Source: Rhodothermales bacterium
GTDB taxonomy: Bacteria; Bacteroidota; Rhodothermia; Rhodothermales; UBA10348
NCBI GenBank assembly: GCA_028284865.1
Contig: JANQQV010000006.1
Span: 207,775 to 271,774 of the forward strand
Length of the DNA stretch: 64,000 bases
Direction of reading: 5' to 3'
The notes beneath the pieces are model-generated. The model was not told the DNA's origin. It was given only the letters and a program-made list of their open reading frames with translations, and ran no database searches. The position numbers were made by a program, and so were the translations under genes. This document shows, piece after piece, positions 9,377 through 19,786 of this stretch. Every line of letters begins with the position of its first letter. Within the stretch, counting starts at the first letter, position 1.

Positions 9377-10903
9377 CTAGAAGGGTGCCGTTTCGTCTCC
9401 TTCAGGAAGAGCGCCTGAATTAGAATCCTCGGGCAGATAGTCGCCTGGGCCGTAATACGTGGTCAGGTTCTCGAAGCGGGCGTGCTGGTGAACGAATGCG
9501 AGGGATACGTCTCCGATCGGGCCGTTTCGCTGCTTTCCGATGATCAGTTCGGCCAGGCCTTCCGTGGAGTTGCCGTTCTCGTCGACGGTGATGCCGTAGC
9601 GTTCCGCGCGGTAAATGAAAGCGACGACGTCGGCATCCTGCTCGATCGAGCCCGACTCACGGAGGTCAGACAGCTGCGGTCGCTTGTCCCCGCCACGCGT
9701 TTCGACGGCTCGCGAGAGCTGCGACAGGGCGATGACCGGCACGTTCATCTCCTTGGCCAGGCCCTTGAGGGAGCGGGAAATATGCGCGATCTCCTGCTCC
9801 CGGTTCGAGCTCTTGTTCAGCCCCGTGCCGTGCATCAGCTGCAAATAGTCCACGATGACCAGGCCGATATCGTGCTCCGCTTTCAGGCGACGGCACTTGG
9901 CGCGCAGCTCGAGCACCGTCAGTCCGGGCGTGTCGTCGATGAAGATCGGGGCCTCGCTCAGCTTGCCGGCTGCGCGGGCCAGCCGTGGCCAGTCGTCGTC
10001 GTTCATGCGACCGGTTCGGGCGGCCTGGGCGTCGACGCGAGCCTCGGAAGTGAGCAGTCGCTGGGCCAGCTGGCCCGCGCTCATCTCCAACGAGAAGATG
10101 GCCACGCCAGCCGGGTTTTCCGGATGCAGGGCAGCATTGCGTGCCATCGCCAGGGAAAAAGCGGTCTTTCCCATCGACGGTCGCGCGGCGATGATGATGA
10201 GGTCCGAAGGCTGCCAGCCACCGGTCATCTGGTCGACGCGCTTGAACCCGGAGGGCACACCCGTCACACCACCTTCCTGCCCGTGAATGGACTCCAGACG
10301 GGCCAGCGTTTCCTTCAGCACGTCGTGCATGGAAGTGGCCGACTTGCGCAGCTGGGAATCCGAGATGCGGAAGATTTCCGACTCGGCGTGATCAAGCAAC
10401 TCGAAGGCGTCGGCCGACGGGTCATAGGCCTGTCCGACCACATTCGTCAGGTTCTCGATCAGACCGCGCAGCAGTGATTTCTCAGCCACGATGCGCGCGT
10501 GATACTCCACATTGGCGGCCGTATCGACGGCAGCGGTCAGCTCGGACAGGTAGTAGGATCCACCAACAGAATCGAGCTGCTCGCGACGACGGAGCTCATC
10601 TCCCAACGTGATCAGGTCGACAGGATTACCCCGCTCGAACAGGCTCAGGATGCACTCATATATCGTGTTGTGCCGCTCGGTGTAGAACGCACCCGGCTGC
10701 AGGATTTCCACCGTCTTCGGAATAGCCTCCCGCTCGATGAGCATGGCTCCCAGAACGGTCTTCTCCACCTCTCCGGCCTGCGGAGGCACGCGTCCGGCTC
10801 GTGGCGACGAGGTCGTCTGAGGCGGGTAGCTAGGTGGGGGAATGTCTGGAAGATACTCGGACATGTGATCCAGTTCGGAGGGTTCCATACGGGAGAGGGC
10901 CAA
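9377..10903 (-). CDS. dnaB: Replicative DNA helicase DnaB
   Basis: 508 aa. Walker A is ARPSMGKTAF. DnaB-type blocks IIVDYLQLM, SRSLKGLAKEMNVPVIALSQLSR and IIGKQRNGP are present. The N-terminal extension allows alternative starts at 10888 or 10864. Confidence 0.95.
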   Translation of the reverse strand: MALSRMEPSELDHMSEYLPDIPPPSYPPQTTSSPRAGRVPPQAGEVEKTVLGAMLIEREAIPKTVEILQPGAFYTERHNTIYECILSLFERGNPVDLITLGDELRRREQLDSVGGSYYLSELTAAVDTAANVEYHARIVAEKSLLRGLIENLTNVVGQAYDPSADAFELLDHAESEIFRISDSQLRKSATSMHDVLKETLARLESIHGQEGGVTGVPSGFKRVDQMTGGWQPSDLIIIAARPSMGKTAFSLAMARNAALHPENPAGVAIFSLEMSAGQLAQRLLTSEARVDAQAARTGRMNDDDWPRLARAAGKLSEAPIFIDDTPGLTVLELRAKCRRLKAEHDIGLVIVDYLQLMHGTGLNKSSNREQEIAHISRSLKGLAKEMNVPVIALSQLSRAVETRGGDKRPQLSDLRESGSIEQDADVVAFIYRAERYGITVDENGNSTEGLAELIIGKQRNGPIGDVSLAFVHQHARFENLTTYYGPGDYLPEDSNSGALPEGDETAPF

Positions 10904-10936
10904 TCAGGACGTCAAGCCCTGGGATAATGGGTGGGT

Positions 10937-11725
10937 TCAGGTAGTCAGTTCGTCGTAGCGCTTTCGCAGGAGCTGGACGTCTTCCCAGGTGGGGCGTTTC
11001 CAATTCCCGTTCCGCAGCAATGCCGCAGGATGGTAGGTGACCAGTACCGGAATTCCGTGATAATCATGGAAGGTGCCGCGCATGTCCTTCAGGCTGGAAT
11101 CCTTGCCCAACAGGGACGTGCCCGAGGTGCGCCCGACACAAAGAATGAGTTTGGGCTGGATGAGGGCGATCTGCTTGTGCAGAATAGGGATGTGCGCAGC
11201 GATTTCGTCCGGTTTGGGGTCCCGGTTGTTCGGTGGGCGGCTTTTGAGAATGTTGGCGATGTAGACATCCGAACGCTCAAAGCCGATGGCCTGCAGAATC
11301 TTGGTGAGCAGTTGGCCCGCGCGGCCGACAAACGGCTCGCCTTGTTTGTCCTCGTCCGCGCCGGGAGCTTCTCCGATGACCATCAAATCGGCTTGGGGGT
11401 GTCCCACACCAAACACTGGGTTGAGGCGCGTACGATCCAGTTCAATCAGCTCGGTGGCTGCGACCCATGACTGGACATCCTCCAGCGACGTCATTCCGCG
11501 AAGCGGTGAGTCCTCGGGAATGAGCGCTTCAATTTGATCGTAGACGCTTGTAGTAGCTGAGGGCATGGGGTGAGAATCTTCTGATGGGACCGGGTCGGGT
11601 GTAGGCTCCGGTGCAGATTCATGTTCTGCTGTCAGTACGACCAGATCACCATAGAGAGCCATCTGATGCTCCAGTGCAGCACGTATGTCTTTCAGATCGT
11701 TGGACACGGAAGTTTTCCTGAGCAA
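10937..11725 (-). CDS. Uracil-DNA glycosylase, family 4
   Basis: 262 aa. Family-4 motifs [23 protein letters not shown] and HPAALLRN. Confidence 0.85.
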   Translation of the reverse strand: MLRKTSVSNDLKDIRAALEHQMALYGDLVVLTAEHESAPEPTPDPVPSEDSHPMPSATTSVYDQIEALIPEDSPLRGMTSLEDVQSWVAATELIELDRTRLNPVFGVGHPQADLMVIGEAPGADEDKQGEPFVGRAGQLLTKILQAIGFERSDVYIANILKSRPPNNRDPKPDEIAAHIPILHKQIALIQPKLILCVGRTSGTSLLGKDSSLKDMRGTFHDYHGIPVLVTYHPAALLRNGNWKRPTWEDVQLLRKRYDELTT

Positions 11726-11846
11726 ATCACTCTGAACGGAAACGCAGAATCAGCAGAGGAAATCTACCAGCCAGCCAGCATTCTGCTCCGCCGACCTTTG
11801 CACGAGTTGCCCCCACCCTTTCAACAGCGATCGGGATGAATGGCGG

Positions 11847-13103
11847 TCAGGAGAGCGGGTCGATCGCGTCGGGGTCCGTGCCCAGCACAGCCAATTCGAT
11901 GATGGCATCCGCGACTTCGCTCTTGGGGAGCACCGGCAGATCGACTCGTTGGTCATCAGCGGCAAGCAACGTGACACGATTGGTGCCTGTCCCGAATCCG
12001 GCGCCAGCCTTCTTGGGATTGTTCAGGACGATCCAGTCCAGATTCTTGCGCTGCAGCTTGCCACGTGCATTTTCCAGACCGTTGTCCGTCTCAAGGGCGA
12101 ACCCAACGAGCAACTGGCCGTCACGCTTTCTGGACCCAAGGTCGGCCAGGATGTCGGCTGTCGGTTTCAGCGTCATGTCCGGCGAGCTGGCGTCCTTCTT
12201 GATCTTGCTCTCTGACGGACGAGCTGGCGTGAAGTCCGCGACAGCAGCCGACATGATGATGATGTCGGCGTCGGCCTGTCCATTCACGGCCGCGTGCATG
12301 TCAGCCGTGGACTCGACGTCGACGCGCCGCACGCCCTCGGGCGTCGACAGCGAAACGGGTCCGGCAATGAGGACCACATCCGCGCCGCGGCGAGCCGCGG
12401 CGCGAGCGAGCTCAAAGCCCATCGTTCCCGTCGAGTGATTCGAAATGAAACGCACCGGGTCTATGCGTTCGCGCGTGGGCCCGGCGGTAACCACGACGCG
12501 TTTACCGGCAAGTGGACCACTCGAAGAACCCGCAATGCGCGACAACAGCTCGGAAGCATGTTCGAAAATGGACTCCGGTTCGGGAAGACGCCCCTGGCCG
12601 ATCAGACCGCTAGCGAGTTCGCCATGCTCAGCTTCCATCACTTCGACACCACGCGATGAAAGGGTATCCAGGTTCGACCGAATGGCCGGATGGATATACA
12701 TGTCATGGTCCATGGCTGGACACACCATGATGGGGCAGCGAGCGGTAAGCGCGACCGCCGTCAACATGGAATCGCATGCCCCGTCGACCAGCTTTGACAG
12801 CGTCTGGGCCGTCAATGGGGCAACCAGGAACAGATCCGCCCACAGACCTAGAGCGACATGCTTGGTCCATGACCCCGCCTCGTTCTCCGGGAAGATCTCG
12901 ACATGCACTTCGTTCTCGGAGAGCGTACCCAGCGTGAGCGGCGTCACGAATCGGGATGCGTCCGGCGTCATGACGACGCGCACATCTGCTCCGGCCTTCT
13001 TGAACAGGCGCACCAGCCCTGCTGTCTTGTAGGCAGCGATCCCGCCCGTCACCCCGAGAAGGATCCGGCGTCCGGCCAGCGGTTTGTTTTCAGTCGCGGA
13101 CAT
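11847..13103 (-). CDS. coaBC: Bifunctional phosphopantothenoylcysteine decarboxylase / phosphopantothenate-cysteine ligase
   Basis: ORF 11847-13154. GVTGGIAAYK flavoprotein motif plus a C-terminal CoaB domain. Starting at Met-18 (13103) removes the overlap with gmk. Confidence 0.92.
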   Translation of the reverse strand: MSATENKPLAGRRILLGVTGGIAAYKTAGLVRLFKKAGADVRVVMTPDASRFVTPLTLGTLSENEVHVEIFPENEAGSWTKHVALGLWADLFLVAPLTAQTLSKLVDGACDSMLTAVALTARCPIMVCPAMDHDMYIHPAIRSNLDTLSSRGVEVMEAEHGELASGLIGQGRLPEPESIFEHASELLSRIAGSSSGPLAGKRVVVTAGPTRERIDPVRFISNHSTGTMGFELARAAARRGADVVLIAGPVSLSTPEGVRRVDVESTADMHAAVNGQADADIIIMSAAVADFTPARPSESKIKKDASSPDMTLKPTADILADLGSRKRDGQLLVGFALETDNGLENARGKLQRKNLDWIVLNNPKKAGAGFGTGTNRVTLLAADDQRVDLPVLPKSEVADAIIELAVLGTDPDAIDPLS

Positions 13104-13110
13104 GGGCGTG

Positions 13111-13716
13111 TCAGTGGTCAGAACAGGTGTCGATGAACGATCCGACGAGGGCAATCATCTCGTTAGCCGCCTCGTCCAGGTCATCATTGATCACGACGTG
13201 GTCAAAACGGTCTTCGAATGTCATTTCATACGCGGCTTTGTCCAGTCGTGTCCGAAGCGACGCGTCGTCCTCGGTGCCACGTGCACGCAGCCGCTCTTCG
13301 AGCACGGCCATGCTGGGCGCCTTGACGAATACCGCGAGGCACCGATCGCCAAACTGTTCTTTGACGTTGAGTGCGCCAACCACGTCGACATCGAGCAATA
13401 CCGGCGCATCCGCCGAGGATTGATCCACTTCAGAGCGCAACGTGCCGTAAAAGCGTCCCGGGTACACCTCTTCGTACTCCAGGAGCTGGTCAGCAGCGAT
13501 GGCCGCGCGAAACGCGTCTTCACTCAGAAAGTGATAGGCGACGCCATCTTTTTCCTGACCCCGTGGCGGACGTGTGGTAGCGGAAACCGAAAATCGGATC
13601 TGGGGACGGGCCGTCATCAAGCGGGCGGCCAGCGATGATTTGCCTGAGCCGCTGGGGGCAGCGACGATGATGATGCAGGGGTTGCCCGGATTGGTATGCC
13701 CGCCCGCCTCACTCAA
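13111..13716 (-). CDS. gmk: Guanylate kinase
   Basis: 201 aa. P-loop APSGSGKSSL and TTRPPRGQEKDGVAYHF. Confidence 0.93.
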   Translation of the reverse strand: MSEAGGHTNPGNPCIIIVAAPSGSGKSSLAARLMTARPQIRFSVSATTRPPRGQEKDGVAYHFLSEDAFRAAIAADQLLEYEEVYPGRFYGTLRSEVDQSSADAPVLLDVDVVGALNVKEQFGDRCLAVFVKAPSMAVLEERLRARGTEDDASLRTRLDKAAYEMTFEDRFDHVVINDDLDEAANEMIALVGSFIDTCSDH

Positions 13717-14587
13717 CGTTTTCGACCTGCTCCTTGATCTTCTCGAGCTCCTCCTTCATCCCGACAACCAGGTGCGCCATGTCGGCGTCATTGGACTTGG
13801 AGCCGATCGTGTTGATCTCGCGATTCATTTCCTGGGACAGGAAGTTCATCTTCCGGCCGACGGGTTCACCCGAGGCCATGGCTTCGCGAAACAGCTCCAG
13901 GTGCGAGTCCAATCGGACGACTTCCTCGCGCACATCGAGTTTGTCGGCCAGCATGGTCATCTCGAACTCAATGCGTTCGCTGTCGATGCGACCTTCCTCG
14001 ATGATCTCGGCAAGTCGTTCGCGCAGGCGTTCGCCCGAAGATGCCACCCGCAACGGTGCGAGGCGATCGACCTCTCGCAACTTGGTCTCGATGCCGCTCA
14101 AGCGCTCATCAAGTTCGGTGTGCAGCGCCTGTCCCTCGCGAAGCCTCATCTCCTGCATGGCCGAACACGCGGCGTCCAACGCCGCCCGTGTGGCTTCCCA
14201 GATGGCTTCGGCGTCTTCCTCGATATCGTCGGCCTCGAAGATGTCCGAGTATTTCAGCAGGTGCTCGAGGCGCAGCGGCTCATCGATGTCAGCTTTCGAG
14301 CGAACCTCGTCGAGCAACGAGCGATACGAAGAGAGCGCCTTGTCATTGACACGGATGGGGAGCTCATCCGGCGTGGGATCCGTGACCTGGATGTAGACGG
14401 AAATCCGTCCGCGAGAAAAGGCCGTCTTGATGATGCGCTGGATGTCGGCCTCATGCGCATTCAGGGATTTCGGGGAGCGGAGCGATATCTCGCAGTAGCG
14501 GCTATTGACCGACTTGAGTTCGACAACAGCCTCGTAACCGCGTTGCTCAGCTTCCCCCCGGCCATAGCCGGTCATGCTGGCAATCAT
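13709..14587 (-). CDS. yicC: YicC-family stress-induced protein
   Basis: ORF 13709-14665. The canonical YicC N-terminus MIASMTGYGRGE begins at 14587, and a DUF1732-like C-terminus follows. Confidence 0.88.
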   Translation of the reverse strand: MIASMTGYGRGEAEQRGYEAVVELKSVNSRYCEISLRSPKSLNAHEADIQRIIKTAFSRGRISVYIQVTDPTPDELPIRVNDKALSSYRSLLDEVRSKADIDEPLRLEHLLKYSDIFEADDIEEDAEAIWEATRAALDAACSAMQEMRLREGQALHTELDERLSGIETKLREVDRLAPLRVASSGERLRERLAEIIEEGRIDSERIEFEMTMLADKLDVREEVVRLDSHLELFREAMASGEPVGRKMNFLSQEMNREINTIGSKSNDADMAHLVVGMKEELEKIKEQVENVE

Positions 14588-14730
14588 AGTGTGGTGGTCC
14601 GGTGTGGTTTTCTGGTGAGGGCACCTTGTTGGTACCTGGTTTGGGCACCTGGACGCCACCGGCAATATACGAAGCCACCGGCCAGTCCTTACCTGCCGGA
14701 TGTACGCGACTGGTCGCGAGCGAAGATGGG

Positions 14731-17655
14731 TTATTCCGTGACAGGAACGGGCTCGGGGACCTGCTGATTGATGTAGAAGGTCGTATCGGTGTTGCCTTCC
14801 GCATCGATCCCGAACGTAATCAGGTCCAGATCGCCGTCTCCATTGTAGTCGCCGAACGCTGCCGTCGCATGGATGAACCCTTTTACATCGAGTTCGGCCA
14901 CGAATTGACCATCCACATTGCGATACAACCGGCCCACGGTGTCGCCCAATGGGGTTCGCGCGCCGACGACAAATACATCCTGGTCGCCGTCTTCTTCGTA
15001 GTCACCCCAGATGGCGCGACCTGCTACGACGCCGTCGAACGGGAAGGGATGCTTCGCAAAGGATCCGCTCTCATTCACATAGAGCTCAGTAATACCTCGC
15101 AGGAATTCGGGAGACATCACGCCGCCTGAGAGCAGCAGATCCGGATCGCCGTCCGCATCGACATCGCCCCAGGACACGGATCCACCACTTACGTCCACAA
15201 GTGGGGAGGGGATCAGCGTGAACTGCCCACCGTCACCCACCTCCTCGTTGCGGTAGAGGCCGGAGTGGAAATTACCTGCGCCCAGATCACCGGTGAGAGC
15301 CATGTCCAGGTCACCATCGCCATCGATATCGGCAAATGCGGCCTCTCCGAACATATGGGGAGGAATGCCCGCATTGGCAGGGATGAATCCTCCACGCTGG
15401 TCGTTGATCCAGACGTCGGAAATCGTCGTGTAAGGCGCTTCGGTGACGGTACTTCCGGAAAGCACCAGATCAGGCCACCCGTCTGCGTTGATGTCCTGGA
15501 TCTGGACGCTGCTGCCCCAGACGTTCACGAGTCCATCGACGGTGAGCGGAATGAATTGACCTACCAGGTTCATGTACAAGGTGGTCAGCGGCTCGCCCGT
15601 TTCACGGGACAGACCGGCAACCAGCAGGTCCGGATCGCCATCCCGATCGAAGTCACCCCAGGCGACGGAAGGATGGGAAACAGGCTCGAGGGAGACGCCA
15701 GCCTGACGCAGAGACTTGAAGATGAACTCACCCCCGTTGGCGTCCCGAACGACGGTGTCATCGTCCGCACGATACAGGCGGAGTACCGCTACGCCATTGG
15801 ACTCACCGCCTACGATCAAGTCCAGGTCACCATCGAGGTCGATGTCAGCAAAATCCGCGACCCCAGCCGAGAGCGCCGGTAGCCCGAAATCATACAACAC
15901 CGGCGCCTGCAGTGTCGAATTGGCTACGTCGGGTTGACCGAAGCTGAATGAGCGCTCTTCACCGCCTGCACGCAAGGAGAATCCGTCGGTGGCCAGGACG
16001 GACCACTCGTAAACCTGGTTGGCCGGAAGGATTTCCGTTGAGATCTCGATGTTGGTATCGGTCAGACCAGGGAAGGACAGCTTCAATCCACGACCGGTGA
16101 TGGTCATCGTGTATTCAACGTTGTCAGCGTCCACTGCCGCTCCCCATTCAAACCGGATTGTTTCCGTCGCGGTATCGATGAATCCGGCATTGACGGGCTC
16201 AATCAACTGGAATGCATCAGGGGCTTTGTTGAATCCGACCGACTGCACAATGGTGTGGTGCGTGTTTACCGGCACATCGTTGAAGGTATCGACGACGCCA
16301 TCCGGCCAGATGATCTGGACCTGATCGATCGACGTAGCCGAGCCGACGCCGAAATGCGCACGGAGCCCGTCGCTCTGGCTACCGGCACCCGTGCCTGCGG
16401 TGATGGTGCGCATCTGCTCCATGCCCCCGGTAGTCACATGCACCCGCGCACCAACGCCCAGGCGATTGCGTGTGGGGTCCCTGAGGGCAAAAGTCGCCCA
16501 GTTGTTGGCACCACCATCATTCATCATGATGGCTGTCCCGAACTGGTGGGGGATCACTAGATCGACCCATCCATCATTGTTGATGTCGCCAACGGCTGTG
16601 GCCAGACCGACGGAGTCGAGGCCAACCGTTGATTCAAAGACCTCCTCAAACGTGCCGTCTCCCAGGTTTCTGAACAGCTGGCCTCTGTTATTGATGGCAG
16701 CGTAGATATCCAGCCAGCCGTCATTGTCGAAGTCTGCGATGGCAGCAGGTCCTTGTGGGCGCAGAACGGCACCCGCCACGCCAGCTTCTACAGCAACATC
16801 CGTGAAGGTGCCACCGGAACCGAGGTCGTTGCGGTAAAGGTGCGATTCTGCCGTATTGAATTCTCCTTCCCGGTTGAGCACAAGGAGGTCTTCCCAGCCA
16901 TCATTGTTGTAGTCGAACCAGTGTCCATCCAGACTGATGCGGCTGCTTGCCAGTGCGGGGTTGCGAAAATTCGATTGGAAGCGATCCCGGAAGGAGTTGT
17001 TGATCATCAACTCATTGCCGGCTCCACATTTGGCAGCAAAGAAATCCGGGTCCAGATCGTTGTCGAAGTCGCTGTAAGCCAATCCACACGTTACCGGCTC
17101 GGTCTCTGCCTGCATGAGCGATCCGACGTTGGTGAAGCTGTTGGACCCACCACCAAGGAATACAGGGTTCTGGCCATTGGAGGAGCCCACAACCAGGTCA
17201 ACAAAATCGTCTTCATTCACATCCGCCCAGAATGCGCCGACCGGCGAGTGCTGGAAAATGAGATTCGTTGCACTGTTGCCCAGATCGAACTTCTCGCCTG
17301 AGCGGTTGAGATAGAATCGACTACCCGGCAGGCCATCCATGATCAACAGGTCCAGCAGGCCGTCCTGGTTGGCATCGCCAAAGATGCCGCCTTGCACGGC
17401 GTTGCCTTCCAAAGAGATGCCCGCGCGGTCCAGTACATCATCGAAGCTGCCGTCCGGATTCTGACGGTAGAGACGCCCATTGTGGTACATGTCCAGGCGT
17501 CCATCGGCATTGAAATCCGCAAGCGATACGTTCAGGATGGGGAGGTCGCTTGCAGGGTTCGAATTCAGGCGAAAGAACTCGTTGGTGAACGTCTGTGCAA
17601 CGGCGCCCGAGGCGAACAGGGATAGCAGAAGAAGGCCAGGCAGGATGCGCTTCAT
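14731..17655 (-). CDS. Secreted FG-GAP/VCBS repeat protein with a central ASPIC/UnbV domain (CRTAC1-like)
   Basis: ORF 14731-17709. The signal peptide starts at Met-19 (MKRILPGLLLLSLFASGAVAQ). Many DxDxDG / FG-GAP units (DFNADG, DFDNDGW, DINNDGW, DIDGDGDLD). UnbV-like block RLGVGARVHVTTGG...IIWPDG. Confidence 0.85.
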   Translation of the reverse strand: MKRILPGLLLLSLFASGAVAQTFTNEFFRLNSNPASDLPILNVSLADFNADGRLDMYHNGRLYRQNPDGSFDDVLDRAGISLEGNAVQGGIFGDANQDGLLDLLIMDGLPGSRFYLNRSGEKFDLGNSATNLIFQHSPVGAFWADVNEDDFVDLVVGSSNGQNPVFLGGGSNSFTNVGSLMQAETEPVTCGLAYSDFDNDLDPDFFAAKCGAGNELMINNSFRDRFQSNFRNPALASSRISLDGHWFDYNNDGWEDLLVLNREGEFNTAESHLYRNDLGSGGTFTDVAVEAGVAGAVLRPQGPAAIADFDNDGWLDIYAAINNRGQLFRNLGDGTFEEVFESTVGLDSVGLATAVGDINNDGWVDLVIPHQFGTAIMMNDGGANNWATFALRDPTRNRLGVGARVHVTTGGMEQMRTITAGTGAGSQSDGLRAHFGVGSATSIDQVQIIWPDGVVDTFNDVPVNTHHTIVQSVGFNKAPDAFQLIEPVNAGFIDTATETIRFEWGAAVDADNVEYTMTITGRGLKLSFPGLTDTNIEISTEILPANQVYEWSVLATDGFSLRAGGEERSFSFGQPDVANSTLQAPVLYDFGLPALSAGVADFADIDLDGDLDLIVGGESNGVAVLRLYRADDDTVVRDANGGEFIFKSLRQAGVSLEPVSHPSVAWGDFDRDGDPDLLVAGLSRETGEPLTTLYMNLVGQFIPLTVDGLVNVWGSSVQIQDINADGWPDLVLSGSTVTEAPYTTISDVWINDQRGGFIPANAGIPPHMFGEAAFADIDGDGDLDMALTGDLGAGNFHSGLYRNEEVGDGGQFTLIPSPLVDVSGGSVSWGDVDADGDPDLLLSGGVMSPEFLRGITELYVNESGSFAKHPFPFDGVVAGRAIWGDYEEDGDQDVFVVGARTPLGDTVGRLYRNVDGQFVAELDVKGFIHATAAFGDYNGDGDLDLITFGIDAEGNTDTTFYINQQVPEPVPVTE

Positions 17656-17946
17656 GCGAAGGGGACCTGAGTGCAGGGTGGGTTGGAAGCTGGGGAACGT
17701 ACGAAACAAATGACTCGCGTTAAATGACGATTCTCGCGGCCCAGAAGTGAGACGAAAGCGGGGGTGGTTTCATTCCGATCTCGGACTGCGCATGCACCAT
17801 ATGCCAGTCATTTCATCTCCGGATTACGCTCGCTGCGCTCGCGTGCATCCCTGGGTACTCCTTACCAAAGCATGCCCTGCCCACGACCGCTGCGCGGTCT
17901 CGGGCTTTTCGCTTCCGGTCCTTCCAGAGCTAGCTCTGTCCGGACC

Positions 17947-17990
17947 AAAAGCAAAAACCCCACTCACTTCGTTCGTGAGCAGGGCTTTTT
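17947..17990 (-). terminator. Bidirectional intrinsic terminator just downstream of tRNA-Ser
   Basis: Hairpin CCCCACTCAC/GTGAGCAGGG (17958-17984). It is flanked by an A-run on one side and a T-run on the other, so both strands read hairpin followed by a U-tract. Confidence 0.65.
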
Positions 17991-17995
17991 GGATG

Positions 17996-18085
17996 CGGAG
18001 AGGGAGGGATTCGAACCCTCGATACGGGGTCAACCCGCATACTCGCTTTCCAGGCGAGCCCCTTCAGCCACTCGGGCACCTCTCC
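17996..18085 (-). tRNA. tRNA-Ser, anticodon GGA
   Basis: The reverse complement folds as a class II tRNA: acceptor GGAGAGG/CCTCTCC, anticodon stem-loop CTCGC-CTGGAAA-GCGAG, a long variable arm, and T-arm GAGGGTTCGAATCCCTC. CCA is not encoded. Confidence 0.95.
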
Positions 18086-18202
18086 GTTCTGCAATGTGCC
18101 ACCTATGCATGCCTTCAAGCCTTGTTTCTGGGCCCTCGTGCAGGCTTGGTGAATCTTGGGGAGTGCAGCGGGACGCGAAATCCGATCGCCGCCGCGTCCC
18201 CA

Positions 18203-18772
18203 TCAGACTTCCATGATTTCCTTTTCCTTGTGATCGAGGAGCTTGTCGACCTTCTCTGTGTGCCGGTCGGTCATCTGCTGAAGCGTGTCCTCCGCTTCAT
18301 AACGCATGTCTTCCTGCAGATTTTCTGACTCCTGTGTCTTCTTGATGTCGTCTTTCGCGTGACGGCGCACGTTACGGATCGAGATCTTCGTCTCTTCGCC
18401 CAGCCCGCGGGCCGCCTTGACCAGGTCACGGCGTCGCTCCTCGGAGAGCGGTGGTACCGGTAGGCGAATCATCCCGCCGTCGTTGGATGGATTCAGCCCC
18501 AGATTTGAAGCCTGGATGGCCTTCTCGATGTCGTTGAGCGCGGAAGCGTCCCACGGTTGGACGATCAAAAGATCAGCCTGTGGCGCACTGATGCTGGCCA
18601 TCTGGTTGAGGGGAGTGATCGAGCCGTAGTAGTCGACCTTGATGTTTTCCAGCATGGTCGGTGTCGCGCGTCCCGCCCGGATGGAGACCAATTCATGGCG
18701 CAAGTGCTCGATGCTCTTGTCCATGTGCTCGTCAGCGTCTTCGAGAATGAGTTGCAGGTCTTCGTGTATCAT
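18203..18772 (-). CDS. frr: Ribosome recycling factor
   Basis: 189 aa, typical RRF sequence throughout (RAGRATPTMLENIKVDYYG..., IRNVRRHAKDD). Confidence 0.95.
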   Translation of the reverse strand: MIHEDLQLILEDADEHMDKSIEHLRHELVSIRAGRATPTMLENIKVDYYGSITPLNQMASISAPQADLLIVQPWDASALNDIEKAIQASNLGLNPSNDGGMIRLPVPPLSEERRRDLVKAARGLGEETKISIRNVRRHAKDDIKKTQESENLQEDMRYEAEDTLQQMTDRHTEKVDKLLDHKEKEIMEV

Positions 18773-18801
18773 GACGACTGTGGGGATTGAAGGTCAGGAT
18801 C

Positions 18802-19563
18802 TCAGGCGAGAACGGGCTCGGGTGCAGCATCTTCCCAATGGACCATGGTCCCGATGGAAGCACCCTGGACGAGACGCAGGAGATTTCCGCCTTCGTCCAT
18901 ATTGAATACGATGATCTTCATGTCCGACTCACGGCACAGCGTGAAGGCCGTCATGTCCATCACCTTCAGGTCCTTGGCAATGACATCGTTGCCATGGATT
19001 TCGGCGTACCGGACGGCATTGGCGTCCTTTTCCGGGTCGGCCGTGTACACACCATCAACGCGGGTACCCTTGAGGATGACGTCTGCGTCGATCTCGAGGG
19101 CGCGCAGCGCGGCCGCCGTATCGGTGGTGAAGTACGGATTTCCCGTACCCGCACCGAAAATCACGACCCTGCCTTTCTCCAGGTGCCGGATGGCCCGACG
19201 ACGAATGAAGGGTTCTGAGACTTCATCCATGTTGAGGGCCGATTGCAGTCGGGTGTAAACACCTTCCTGCTCAAGAGCGTCCTGGAGCGCCATCGCATTG
19301 ATCATCGTGGCCAGCATACCCATGTAGTCGGCGTGCGAGCGGGTCATTCCTTTCGTTGCGTTGTTCACGCCGCGAAAAATATTCCCTCCTCCAATCACGA
19401 TAGCCAACTCGATGTCTTCCGACACCACTTCCCGAATCTCGGCGGCATAGCGGCGAAGGACATTTTCATCAATGCCGAATGCCTTTTCGCCCATGAGCGA
19501 TTCACCACTCAGTTTGAGCAGGACACGACGTGTGTCGCCGTCGGTGGAGAAGAGAGTACTCAC
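18802..19563 (-). CDS. pyrH: UMP kinase
   Basis: 253 aa, GTG start. Motifs [19 protein letters not shown] and [19 protein letters not shown]. Confidence 0.95.
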   Translation of the reverse strand: MSTLFSTDGDTRRVLLKLSGESLMGEKAFGIDENVLRRYAAEIREVVSEDIELAIVIGGGNIFRGVNNATKGMTRSHADYMGMLATMINAMALQDALEQEGVYTRLQSALNMDEVSEPFIRRRAIRHLEKGRVVIFGAGTGNPYFTTDTAAALRALEIDADVILKGTRVDGVYTADPEKDANAVRYAEIHGNDVIAKDLKVMDMTAFTLCRESDMKIIVFNMDEGGNLLRLVQGASIGTMVHWEDAAPEPVLA

Positions 19564-19676
19564 GGAATCGGTGGTTTACGGGAGGCCGAAAAAGCACGCC
19601 AAACTACGCCCTTCCCGGCCGGTTTTCAACGCAAATGTGAGCTGAATCCGGTTCAAGAGGCCTTGGCAGGAGCGGT

Positions 19677-19718
19677 AAAACCAAAGAAAAGGGCGGGGCT
19701 GCCGATGCAGCCCCGCCC
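19677..19718 (-). terminator. Intrinsic terminator downstream of tsf
   Basis: Perfect GC hairpin GGGCGGGGCTGC-CGAT-GCAGCCCCGCCC (19691-19718), followed on the minus strand by TTTTCTTTGG. Confidence 0.7.
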
Positions 19719-19786
19719 TTCCAAGAGGAGTCGATCAGGGATCACTCCGAATGTTGCGTCGAGCGACTTCGCCCGGCACGTCCTGG

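Noticed and set aside
13574-14767. 397-aa plus-strand ORF
   Set aside because: It is antisense to yicC and part of gmk. No motifs, and typical high-GC shadow composition.
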